Both the position numbers and the translations under genes were made by a program. A DNA stretch of 23,289 bases from Candidatus Iainarchaeum sp. (GTDB lineage Archaea; Iainarchaeota; Iainarchaeia; Iainarchaeales; JAGVWC01): the NCBI GenBank assembly GCA_018304465.1, contig JAGVWC010000015.1, positions 1 through 23,289 of the forward strand, given 5' to 3'. A model generated the notes under the pieces. The model saw only the letters and a list, made by a program, of their open reading frames with translations, made no database searches and was not told the DNA's origin. This document shows, piece by piece, positions 1-8,836 of the stretch (position 1 is its first letter; every line of letters starts with the position of its first letter).

Positions 1-1659
1 CGTTCCCGCCAACCGAACAAAATAATTCCCATCGGTAACGGAAGTAGTGTCCCACGCATACGAACACGAAGCCACCGGCAACGCAGAACACGCGAAAGCA
101 GACAACGCCTGAGAAAGAATACTCGTTCCACTCCCCGAACTCGCAGTCGAATATGCCAACGCCGCCGTAATATTCGCCGCCGAACCAAACGCCGACTCCA
201 CATTAAAATCAACAGACTGCTCCCCAGTCAACGAATTCGAATCACTCGGACTCAACACTTGAACGTAAGGCGCATTCTGATCAAAATGAAACCCGATATC
301 AAGTTTGTTGACATCCAATTTGTTTCCGTATTGCGTGGTGCGCGCCAAATAAAAAGCATTCAAATCCACGTTTCCGGCATCCACTAGTTTTGCGCCGCCA
401 TTCAAATCCGAATTAAACATAAAATTGCGATCCCCTCCGTCACCAATAAACGGATCCACGGTAAAACCGGTTTGCGAATTCACATCGGAATTATGATCGT
501 CTGCGGCGCCACCAAAAGTCGTCACATTAAAATAGGCATTGTGCGACACCGGCCCAATAAACGATCCGTTCAACACGGTATTCGTATGCGCGAACAAATT
601 CCGCTGAATCCTTCCCGACCAATCCGACCCGTTATTCCCAATCGCAGTTCCCGCGTTCATAAACGTATTGTTTTCGATCGGACTATAAACGTGGGCCGCC
701 AAACTGATAAAGCCCTGAATAAAAAGATTGTTATAAATCGGACCGAAATAATACGAACCACTCTCATTTCCCCCAATCCCCGTTTTTTCGAAAAAATTGT
801 TGTAAATGCTTCCATACATCGAAATTCCCGAAAGAAAAAAACCAAATCGAGCAAGACCCGTCGTGGAAAAACGATTGTTGAATACGTTGGAATTGCACCG
901 GGGCACGTATGACCCCCCACCACATTGAACCCCATAGTAGGCCATGTTGACAAAATTATTGTTGTAAATATTTCCATCGAACTGACCCGATGAATGGATT
1001 ACGACGTAGGTGGAGTCCGACGACAAAAATTGATTATCAAACAAGTTGGTTGCGCGCGACGATTTTATTAGAATCGTAGGCGTACCCAATTGAAGGTAGT
1101 AAGTAGGTTCGTGATCAAAAATCGAATGATGAATCGAAGCAATATTTTTGTCCAAAAAAATTCCATGATTATGATCAAAAATACGAATATAAGAAAACGA
1201 GTCCGAAAGCGCCATTCCCGACGGGTTTTTGACAAAAATCGCAGTGTTGTAATCCGGCCTTCCGATCACACCCGAACAACCCGGAATCGAAGACGTGTCC
1301 GCATTCGTGCTACCCGCAAAACTATTCTGATCTTTACAACTGACAAAAAAAATGTTTTTATCAACGGTTCCGTTCGCTAACAAGCGCCCTCCATCCGTAA
1401 TAATCAAGTTCCGACCCGAACCAAACTTGACCACCACTCCAGGAGCAATATTCAAATCCGTTCCAGTTCCCGTTACATTCACATCCGCCAAAATCACATA
1501 CGTATTCCCATCAACCCAGTTTTGATCCGAAGAAATATTCGAATCAATCGTACACACATAATTCGAATCACCACACGAATTCAAAGCCGGCGGACCAGCC
1601 AATACTGCGGAAGACCCAACAAACAGAAAAAAAACAATCAAGAGCTGTTGGAATCGCAT
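1..1659 (-). CDS. Large secreted/surface protein, partial (>553 aa, runs off left edge): right-handed parallel beta-helix region followed by an Ig-like domain
   Basis: Absent from ORF track. Manual translation from ATG at 1659 is open to base 1: signal peptide MRFQQLLIVFFLFVGSSAVLA, then GPPALNSCGDSNYVCTIDSNISSDQNWVDGNTYVILADVNV..LNIAPGVVVKFG. Repeated I/V-Y/F-NN-x-F units (IYNNNF, VFNNRF, IYNNFF, IYNNLF, IENNTF), then LVDAGN..DIGFHF and an Ig-like YAWDTTSVTDGNYFVR. Confidence 0.85.
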   Translation of the reverse strand, partial: MRFQQLLIVFFLFVGSSAVLAGPPALNSCGDSNYVCTIDSNISSDQNWVDGNTYVILADVNVTGTGTDLNIAPGVVVKFGSGRNLIITDGGRLLANGTVDKNIFFVSCKDQNSFAGSTNADTSSIPGCSGVIGRPDYNTAIFVKNPSGMALSDSFSYIRIFDHNHGIFLDKNIASIHHSIFDHEPTYYLQLGTPTILIKSSRATNLFDNQFLSSDSTYVVIHSSGQFDGNIYNNNFVNMAYYGVQCGGGSYVPRCNSNVFNNRFSTTGLARFGFFLSGISMYGSIYNNFFEKTGIGGNESGSYYFGPIYNNLFIQGFISLAAHVYSPIENNTFMNAGTAIGNNGSDWSGRIQRNLFAHTNTVLNGSFIGPVSHNAYFNVTTFGGAADDHNSDVNSQTGFTVDPFIGDGGDRNFMFNSDLNGGAKLVDAGNVDLNAFYLARTTQYGNKLDVNKLDIGFHFDQNAPYVQVLSPSDSNSLTGEQSVDFNVESAFGSAANITAALAYSTASSGSGTSILSQALSAFACSALPVASCSYAWDTTSVTDGNYFVRLAGT

Positions 1660-1680
1660 GAAAACAAAACGGACTATTCA

Positions 1681-1690
1681 TTAATATATT
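1681..1690 (-). promoter_or_regulatory. Putative TATA box for the beta-helix gene
   Basis: AATATATTAA on the minus strand, 22-31 nt upstream of ATG 1659; consistent with a leaderless archaeal transcript. Confidence 0.5.
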
Positions 1691-1723
1691 TTCCTTTCCA
1701 GTGATTTCGACCCTTGGCACAAG

Positions 1724-1732
1724 TTTTAAATA
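1724..1732 (+). promoter_or_regulatory. Putative TATA box for valS
   Basis: TTTTAAATA upstream of valS; SD-like GGTGA at 1785-1789 precedes ATG 1798. Confidence 0.45.
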
Positions 1733-1797
1733 AACTTCAAAGGCCAATATCCTTGCATTAAACGCGTTTTTTGAGAAGAAAACCGGTGAATACTGTT

Positions 1798-4170
1798 ATG
1801 GCAATCGAAGCAAAACGATGGGAAAAAGAATTCGAAACCGAAATCCTCGAAGAATGGAAAAAACAAAACAGCTTTCCATTCAAAAACGTTCCCGGAAAAA
1901 AAATCTATTCCATTGACACGCCTCCGCCGTACGTCAACACGCCGGTGCACATCGGACATACTTCCACGTATTCGGTCATGGATTTTATCGCGCGTTATCG
2001 CCGCATGAAAGGATACAACGTATTGTTTCCGCTGGGACTCGATCGAAACGGACTACCCATTGAAATGGCGGCCGAAAAAAAAATCGGCAAACGATTCGAT
2101 TCGGTTCCGCGCGAAGAATTCCTTGCGGCCTGCGAAAACGTGCTTGCCGAAAGCTCCGCCGAAAGCGTGGATTCGTTTTGGCGCCACGGGATTTCATTTA
2201 ACACCTACGAACTCGGAAACGGCATCGGAGAAGTATACCAGACCGACTCGCCGGATTACCGAAGCCTCACACAAGATACCTTCATTGATTTGTATCACCG
2301 CGGACTCATCTACGAAGACAACCGCATCAATAATTATTGTCCCGGCTGCCAAACCACGATCGCAGACGCCGAAATCGAATACGAAGACAAATCCACGACG
2401 TTTAACGACATTATTTTCAAAGTCAAGGAAACCGGCGAAGAAATCATCGTCGGAACCACACGCCCCGAACTCGTAGCCACCTGCGGCATGGTGATTTACA
2501 ATCCCGAAGACGACCGCTACCGCCATCTCGAAGGAAAAACCGCGATCACGCCCGTATACAACAAAGAAGTTCCCATCAAACCGCATCCGATCGCGCAGAT
2601 CGACAAAGGAACGGGAATCGTCATGATGTGTTCGATGGGAGACTTGTCGGATATCCGCTTTTTTAGGGAAATGAACCTAAAACCCGTGATCGCCATCGAC
2701 CGGTCGGGAAAAATGAACGAAAACGCGGGTCCATTACAGGGACTACGCGTCAAAAAAGCCCGCGAAAAAATGATCGAACTGCTAAAAGAACAAAACCTGT
2801 TCGTTAAAGCCAAAAACGTGATTCATCGCACGCCGATTTGCGAGCGAAGCAAAGACGAAATCGAATTCATCGAAATGAAAGAATTCTATCTCAAACAAAT
2901 GGATTCAAAAGAAAAAATGAAAGAAATCGCCGAAAAAGTCAATTTTTTCGCTCCGGCATCCCGACAAATTTTATTGGATTGGATTGAGAGCATCGCGATC
3001 GACTGGCCGATTTCGCGCAGACGATACTACGCCACCGAAGTACCGCTTTGGTACTGCGCCAAATGCCGGTTCGTGATCGTGCCCCCCAAAGGAAAATACT
3101 ATCGCCCCTGGAAAGAAAAACCGCCGGTTCAAAAATGCCCGCATTGCGGCGCAACGGAATTCATCGGGGATGAACGCGTATTTGACACGTGGTTTGATTC
3201 GAGCATTTCGCCGTTGTATATTCTCAAATGGTCGCGCAACAATTCTTTTTTCAACCAAGCCAAGCCGTGTTCGCTTCGACCGCAAGGAAAAGAAATCATC
3301 CGCACCTGGCTGTACTACACCTTGTTCAAGTGTTACCTGCTCACCAACGAAGTGATTTTCCAGGACACCTGGATCAATTATCACATTCTGGACGACGCCG
3401 GACACAAAATGAGCAAAAGCAAAGGCAACGTCATGGATCCCCACAAATTACTGGATCAATTCGGCGCCGAACCGTTTCGCATGTGGGTGTGCCTCGAAGG
3501 AAACCTGGACCGCACCGATTTTCGCTGTTCACCGGAACGCATCGAAGGCGCGGGAAAAACCCTGACCAAGCTCTGGAACACCACGCGATTTATTTCCATG
3601 TTTGAAAAACCCGTCCAGCGGCCCAAAAAACTCGGCGTCATAGACGAATGGATTTTGTCCGAATTAAACGAACTCGTGCAGCAAGCGGACACCGGATTCG
3701 GACAATACGATTTCCACAACCCGGTTTCAAACGCCAAAAACTTCATCTGGGAAACCTTCGCGTCCCATTACCTTGAAATGGCCAAAAGCCGCGCGTACAA
3801 CCGCGACAACCAATATTCGAAAGAAGAACAAGACGCCGCCTTATGGACCTTGCATTATTGCATCGAAACCCTCCTCAAAGTCTTGGCGCCCGTCACCCCT
3901 TTTATCACGTATCGGCTATTCAAAGACTTGACCGGACGAAACATTCACACCGACGAAACATACCCGGTATTTGACCCCGCATGGCAAAAAAAATTCTCGT
4001 TTACCAGCCCAGAACTCATGGCGTTAAACAGCCAAATCTGGCAGCAAAAAAAAGAAGCCGGACTTGCCCTCAACGCGCCATTGGAGGAACTCGCAGTGGA
4101 TAGAAAATTCCAACCCCTTGAAAAAATCCTTCAAGACACCCACAAAATTACTCGAATTACCTACTTATAA
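1798..4170 (+). CDS. valS: Valine--tRNA ligase (archaeal type)
   Basis: YSIDTPPPY..HIGH and KMSKS class I signatures, GTTRPEL, DWPISRRRYYATEVP, FDTWFDSS, RPQGKEIIRTW. Start moved from TTG 1771 to ATG 1798 because of the GGTGA SD. Confidence 0.95.
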   Translation: MAIEAKRWEKEFETEILEEWKKQNSFPFKNVPGKKIYSIDTPPPYVNTPVHIGHTSTYSVMDFIARYRRMKGYNVLFPLGLDRNGLPIEMAAEKKIGKRFDSVPREEFLAACENVLAESSAESVDSFWRHGISFNTYELGNGIGEVYQTDSPDYRSLTQDTFIDLYHRGLIYEDNRINNYCPGCQTTIADAEIEYEDKSTTFNDIIFKVKETGEEIIVGTTRPELVATCGMVIYNPEDDRYRHLEGKTAITPVYNKEVPIKPHPIAQIDKGTGIVMMCSMGDLSDIRFFREMNLKPVIAIDRSGKMNENAGPLQGLRVKKAREKMIELLKEQNLFVKAKNVIHRTPICERSKDEIEFIEMKEFYLKQMDSKEKMKEIAEKVNFFAPASRQILLDWIESIAIDWPISRRRYYATEVPLWYCAKCRFVIVPPKGKYYRPWKEKPPVQKCPHCGATEFIGDERVFDTWFDSSISPLYILKWSRNNSFFNQAKPCSLRPQGKEIIRTWLYYTLFKCYLLTNEVIFQDTWINYHILDDAGHKMSKSKGNVMDPHKLLDQFGAEPFRMWVCLEGNLDRTDFRCSPERIEGAGKTLTKLWNTTRFISMFEKPVQRPKKLGVIDEWILSELNELVQQADTGFGQYDFHNPVSNAKNFIWETFASHYLEMAKSRAYNRDNQYSKEEQDAALWTLHYCIETLLKVLAPVTPFITYRLFKDLTGRNIHTDETYPVFDPAWQKKFSFTSPELMALNSQIWQQKKEAGLALNAPLEELAVDRKFQPLEKILQDTHKITRITYL

Positions 4171-4308
4171 TGCCTAAAAATAGCCATATAGGGCATTAAA
4201 TCGTTGTTTTCAGTCCCCCAAAAAAGAAGGATGCGTATCCCATAGGTTTAAATAAAAAATGCCACCAGAAGTTTATACACTTTTATAGTGAATAAGTTAA
4301 TGGTGCAT

Positions 4309-4863
4309 ATGTTCAACCGATTTTCCGTTTCAACGATCATTTTTCTCTTGACCTTCATGGCAACGGTTTCGGCGTATCAGATCGATGTTCCAACCGCCAT
4401 TCTGATCTCGGATCACAACACCGCGTTCGAAGCCGAACTCGTGAACGCCGACATCAGCAAAGGCTATTCCGTGGCATTTTTCGCTCCCGGCACCACCGAC
4501 ATCTTTGTCGAAGAAGACCGCATCACCCTCGTGCTTTACAACAATTCCGCGTTATACAACACCACGTATTTCGCGACGCTTTCCGTCGAAGTAAAAGGAG
4601 AAACTCAGGAAAAGAAAATCCAACTTCAATACCAAGAACCGCGTCCCGCCGAACCGATGATCGTTCCGGGACCCGTGCCCGACACCAATCGGAATCCGGA
4701 CCAAAACACGCCCGGTCCAGGCACAGGTTTTTTTCCCATTGACCTTGGCATTTCCGCGATTTCCCTTGGACTTGTCGGAAAAATTCTCTTGGCGATCGTC
4801 GCCGTAATTCTGATCATCGCGTTTTTCGCACGCGCCTACAATCGAACCCAGGTGAACAAATGA
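4309..4863 (+). CDS. Hypothetical type-I membrane-anchored surface protein (~184 aa)
   Basis: Signal peptide MFNRFSVSTIIFLLTFMATVSA, beta-rich domain, Pro-rich linker, GTGFF, C-terminal TM helix (ILLAIVAVILIIAFFA) and basic tail. TTTATACA at 4272-4279 and GGTG at 4302-4305 favour ATG 4309. Confidence 0.8.
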   Translation: MFNRFSVSTIIFLLTFMATVSAYQIDVPTAILISDHNTAFEAELVNADISKGYSVAFFAPGTTDIFVEEDRITLVLYNNSALYNTTYFATLSVEVKGETQEKKIQLQYQEPRPAEPMIVPGPVPDTNRNPDQNTPGPGTGFFPIDLGISAISLGLVGKILLAIVAVILIIAFFARAYNRTQVNK

Positions 4864-6695
4864 AACAGATTCTTTTGATCCTCGCATTAATGATGCTTTG
4901 CACCACCGTACTCGCCGACGACCTGCGCGTAAGCCGCGACAACTTCACGTACTACATGCAACCCGGCACCAGTATCAACGACGTCATTGAAATCCGAAAC
5001 GAAACCGGTTCGCGCCAATGCATCGACGTCTTCACCGACACCACCGACACCGAACTTCAAGTCACGCGTGCCACGGATTATTTTTGCTTAAACAACAACG
5101 AAACAACCGAAATCACGTTCACCATCAAACCGACGAACCGAATCAGCAACGGAAGCTATACCGCCAAAGCGATTTTCCGGTTCGACAGCGGCGAAATCCA
5201 GGTGCCCATTAACGTTCGCATCGGCGAAACCAGCACCGTAAACTTCGAAATCCCACAGGAAAGCACGTGCCCGGAAAGCATCACGATTCCCATTGATTTT
5301 ATCAACCGCGAATCCAAAACCAAATTCATTTCCATGAGCGCCCAATCCGAAGCATTATTGCCGACGTTTTCCGTCGAACAATTCCAATTGCTGGACAGCC
5401 AAACCCGCACCGCATACCTGCGCCTAAACACCAACCAAAGCTTCCAAGCCGGAGAATACGCGTTCCAAGTCACGGTTGAAGACCAAAACAACATCATTGT
5501 CAAAAAAGGAACCTTGACCATCCGAAACTGCAACCAAAGCCAAAACAACCAATTCGACTTGTCCGGACCAACCAGCTGCGTCCAGCTCACTCCAGGAGAA
5601 AGCCGAACCGTTTATGTGTCGCTTGAAAACCAGTCCGATCATCCGATCGACTTTGATTTTTTGATTCGAAGCAACCGATTAAGCGTTTCGACGCCATTAC
5701 ACCAATTCGTTTTGGACGAAGGCGAAATCCGATCGATCCCCGTCACGTTACGCATCAGCAGCGGCACCACCCAAGACCGCTTCGAAGCAACCGTCGAAGC
5801 CGAAGCCTTCGGTAACACCCAAACCATCACGATTTGCGCGCAAACCCAAGGCGGAATCGAAGCCACTTTCCTGCAAGACTACATCAACGTACTTCAAGGA
5901 GAAGACTTTACTTCCACGCTACAAATCAAAAACACGACCAACCAAACCCAAAACATTTCGCTTGACTTTCGATCCATCGGATCCGCGTTCGACGGATCAT
6001 TTTCGATCGATGACTTTTCGATTTCGGGTAACAGCACCCGAAACGTCACCGTGACCATCCGAACTCCGCTAAACGCGCCCGTCGGAGAACAAGACATCGA
6101 AGTTCGAGTTGACAGCGGAAGCCGCACATTCGATTCAACCCTGCATTTTAAAATCCTTGAAAACGACCCGGTCAATCCCCAGGACCGCTATCTGCGATTC
6201 CTGTCGTATCCAAGCAACATTGACATGAACGCGGGACAAATCAAACGACTCACGTTTATCATCGAAAACCAATACCGAAACCGCTTAAGCAACCTCACGT
6301 TGTCCATCGAAAATCCGCCGGGATACGTTTCGTTTGAACCCGTTACCGGAATCGTCATCGATCAAAACGACGTGGCGACCGTCAGCGGAATCCTTCGCGT
6401 CGATCCGAACGCGCCGAACCAAATCGCCCGAATCCGATTCGTGATCGAAAACAACCAGTACCAAACCTCTCAAACCGCGGAAATCACGACGCGGCAAACC
6501 GGAGCAGACCCCGGAAACGACCCCGAACCGAATCCGCCGGGATCCTCGTTTTGGTCAAGCCTCGTAACGTTTGGAAACCAAAACGTGTTTCTCATCGGAT
6601 TGATTATTCTCATCCTCTTATTGCTCTTGGCCGTGTCGGCTTTCGGCGGAGAACCCCGTCAAAAAGAACGCCCGGCCTGGCTTTCCAACCGTTAA
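4860..6695 (+). CDS. Surface protein with tandem Ig-like (NEW3/CARDB-like) domains and C-terminal TM anchor (611 aa)
   Basis: ATGA overlap with upstream gene, AGGTGA SD, signal peptide. About five ~100-aa beta units (MQPGTSINDVIEIRN, LTPGESRTVYVSLEN, VLQGEDFTSTLQIKN, MNAGQIKRLTFIIEN), Pro linker, TM (VFLIGLIILILLLLLAVSAF). Many N-x-T/S sequons. Confidence 0.85.
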   Translation: MKQILLILALMMLCTTVLADDLRVSRDNFTYYMQPGTSINDVIEIRNETGSRQCIDVFTDTTDTELQVTRATDYFCLNNNETTEITFTIKPTNRISNGSYTAKAIFRFDSGEIQVPINVRIGETSTVNFEIPQESTCPESITIPIDFINRESKTKFISMSAQSEALLPTFSVEQFQLLDSQTRTAYLRLNTNQSFQAGEYAFQVTVEDQNNIIVKKGTLTIRNCNQSQNNQFDLSGPTSCVQLTPGESRTVYVSLENQSDHPIDFDFLIRSNRLSVSTPLHQFVLDEGEIRSIPVTLRISSGTTQDRFEATVEAEAFGNTQTITICAQTQGGIEATFLQDYINVLQGEDFTSTLQIKNTTNQTQNISLDFRSIGSAFDGSFSIDDFSISGNSTRNVTVTIRTPLNAPVGEQDIEVRVDSGSRTFDSTLHFKILENDPVNPQDRYLRFLSYPSNIDMNAGQIKRLTFIIENQYRNRLSNLTLSIENPPGYVSFEPVTGIVIDQNDVATVSGILRVDPNAPNQIARIRFVIENNQYQTSQTAEITTRQTGADPGNDPEPNPPGSSFWSSLVTFGNQNVFLIGLIILILLLLLAVSAFGGEPRQKERPAWLSNR

Positions 6696-6706
6696 AAGGA
6701 ATCATT

Positions 6707-6783
6707 ATGCGCATTCGTTTGATTATCCTTGGAATCCTCCTCTGATCGGAATCGGATACGGACTTCACGCACTCGCCGTATAA
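6707..6783 (+). pseudogene. Probable frameshifted relic of a signal-peptide/membrane-peptide gene
   Basis: AAGGA SD, ATG 6707 MRIRLIILGILL then TGA; the -1 frame continues LIGIGYGLHALAV to TAA 6781-6783. Confidence 0.4.
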
Positions 6784-6791
6784 AAAAAAGC

Positions 6792-7337
6792 TTATTTGCA
6801 CAAGAGTTTTTTCAAGTAGTCCACGGCAAACGAACTTTCCACATGCAGCAACTTGTCCGCCGACGCCGCATCCTGATTCAAAAAAATCAATGCCGAATGA
6901 GAATCGAAAATCACGAAATGACCATGAAAATTCGTTTTCTTGATGTCCACGATTTTCAAAATATCGGATAATTGAAACCCGATTTTGGCCACAATATCGT
7001 CAGCCGTATACAAAAACAAATACGGCAAATACGGCGGGTTCTTGGTTCCCACGCTCATTTGCTTGATTTGCGAAAACTCATTCAACAAATACGGCTGATG
7101 CGTGCACACGTGCAATTCTTTCTGACAGCGGTTAAACAACTCGTACATCCGGCCTTCAATTTCCCGATGACCCGAAACCAACCGCACTTGGTCTCCAAGA
7201 CCCGAAAGCAACGAGTCCGGCAACCAATTGCATTTGAGGGCTTCGCCCAACCAGTCGAATTCGTCTCGCTGAAGACCCGTGGAACCCGCCAAAAACGAAA
7301 AATCTTTTTCAGCTTCGGTTTTGGCATCGTCAAACAT
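6792..7337 (-). CDS. Hypothetical protein resembling the TrmB effector-binding/PLD-like fold, without an HTH
   Basis: LVSGHREIEGRMYELFNRCQKELHVCT and FHGHFVIFDSHSALI resemble TrmB C-terminal/PLD-like domains. Start uncertain (TTG 7361, TTG 7340 or ATG 7337; GGTGA upstream of the latter two; TTTTTATT near 7380-7387). Confidence 0.6.
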   Translation of the reverse strand: MFDDAKTEAEKDFSFLAGSTGLQRDEFDWLGEALKCNWLPDSLLSGLGDQVRLVSGHREIEGRMYELFNRCQKELHVCTHQPYLLNEFSQIKQMSVGTKNPPYLPYLFLYTADDIVAKIGFQLSDILKIVDIKKTNFHGHFVIFDSHSALIFLNQDAASADKLLHVESSFAVDYLKKLLCK

Positions 7338-7402
7338 CAAAATTCGGTCACCATAATTCAATCAAGAGGAAGAAAGTAGAATAAAAAGGTTTCGAAAACC
7401 AA

Positions 7403-8836
7403 CTACTGGTTTGAAAGGGATTTCAACGCGTCCGCAATAAACCAATCGATGCGGCCCAGACACTCGAAAAGATTCGCGCAGCGTGGAACCCCAAGCCCAA
7501 TCGTTATGTAGGCTTCTTGTGTATTCAATAAATGATATCCGTCGGACCGAAGGAAAAACTGGCACGCGGACACGTAATAATTTTCACCTTTGAAATTCGT
7601 TGAATTGATTTCTTTTTTATCAATCGAACGAATGGCCCACTGGCTTTTTTTAGCGGTCACTTCGGCTGGATTCACCGCATACACGCGCCGCAATTCAACC
7701 GAAGACGAAACCGAAAAAGCCTTTCCCGTGGAAGACCCGCTGGGATCGTTACCCGTATCCGGAACAGTATCCGGAATAAAATCCGGACCCGGAACCGTTG
7801 GACTCGACCCGGTAAACCCTTCGACGACGCCGGTTCCAAACGCCTTGGTGGCGCTCCACGCGGTTTTTCCGGCGCTTCCAATGCCCGATCCGGCGGCTTT
7901 CACCCATTCGGCAAACTGTCGGCCGTATTCTTCCGCACCGACTTTCTTTTTGTAGGCTTCAAGCTTTCCGTTCAAATGCTGTTCCATCAAATTGCATGAA
8001 ATCTTTTTGTTGGGCACGCTTACCACAAAATACAACGGAGCGTCCGAATCGATTTTATCCAATTCCAACGTAAACGCCTGGGCCGTTTCAAGTTTTGACG
8101 CGTAATCCGAACCGATTTTTTCGATGGGATTGTCTTTTCCACCCACCAACACTTTCCAAAACCACAAGCCCTGCGAATCCGGCGGCACGACATCCGCCAA
8201 GGTCACGGTAAACACGAAGAATTCTTTGTTCGAAATTTTTCGATCGCCATCAATGTCCGCGTACACCGCGATTTTCAATGGCTCCGAAACATCCTTCAAT
8301 TCTTTTTTGGTGCCATCCGCCAACACCAATCCCTGAATGGAAATCGAACACGCCAATCCATCCGGAACGCAAAAACCCCAGCCCATGTCATCCAACACGA
8401 ACACCACGGTTTCTTTTTTTTGGGACAAGTAACGCAATCCTTTCAGCGAATCGCCTTCGTTGGAACCCACGTAACCCGCCGGAGCCGAGTCCGTGGGATT
8501 GGTCGCAAGCCACGCAACAACCTCCGGCGTCGCAAACAACACCGTGAAAGTTTTGGACGTGTTTCCCGGAACGAAATCCGACACTTTAAGAGAAAAAGGT
8601 TTTTTGGAAACCGAATAAGACCCGTTTTGGGCCACTTCAACGGTTGAATCCGAAATCAAAGACAATTTGAATCCGTCTGATGGGACTGGCGGCGCGCCAT
8701 CCGACGTAGGTGGCGCCAGCAATTGCGGAATCTCAAACGCGGAAATTTCCCCGCCAATCGGAACCGTCACGGCCCAACCGGATGAGAAAAAACAAAGCAT
8801 CAGCGCCAAAACCAACCCGGTGGCAATACGGTTCAT
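7403..8836 (-). CDS. Hypothetical exported protein (477 aa) with DxDGD Ca-binding-like loop and Gly-rich amphipathic segment
   Basis: GGAGGT SD, ATGA overlap with upstream gene, signal peptide MNRIATGLVLALMLCFFSSGWA, DIDGDRKISNKEF, GSGIGSAGKTAWSATKAFGTGVVEGFTG, C-terminal CANLFECL. Confidence 0.85.
   Translation of the reverse strand: MNRIATGLVLALMLCFFSSGWAVTVPIGGEISAFEIPQLLAPPTSDGAPPVPSDGFKLSLISDSTVEVAQNGSYSVSKKPFSLKVSDFVPGNTSKTFTVLFATPEVVAWLATNPTDSAPAGYVGSNEGDSLKGLRYLSQKKETVVFVLDDMGWGFCVPDGLACSISIQGLVLADGTKKELKDVSEPLKIAVYADIDGDRKISNKEFFVFTVTLADVVPPDSQGLWFWKVLVGGKDNPIEKIGSDYASKLETAQAFTLELDKIDSDAPLYFVVSVPNKKISCNLMEQHLNGKLEAYKKKVGAEEYGRQFAEWVKAAGSGIGSAGKTAWSATKAFGTGVVEGFTGSSPTVPGPDFIPDTVPDTGNDPSGSSTGKAFSVSSSVELRRVYAVNPAEVTAKKSQWAIRSIDKKEINSTNFKGENYYVSACQFFLRSDGYHLLNTQEAYITIGLGVPRCANLFECLGRIDWFIADALKSLSNQ

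Noticed and set aside
472-1704. ORF-track entries 472..912, 657..977, 1090..1380, 1522..1704
   Set aside because: Shadow or alternate frames of the real minus-strand beta-helix gene (1..1659).
1985-3746. Many 60-160 aa ORFs within valS, and similar ones within all other long genes
   Set aside because: Fully overlap confidently identified genes, with no motifs or start signals.
4170-4240. Imperfect hairpin TGCCTA..TAGGGCA and near-palindrome GGATGCGTATCC after valS
   Set aside because: Weak stems with no supporting U-tract; not enough to call a terminator or operator.
6792-7361. Active PLD-family nuclease/defence gene
   Set aside because: The catalytic Lys of HxKxxxxD is absent and there is no GSxN motif or defence context.
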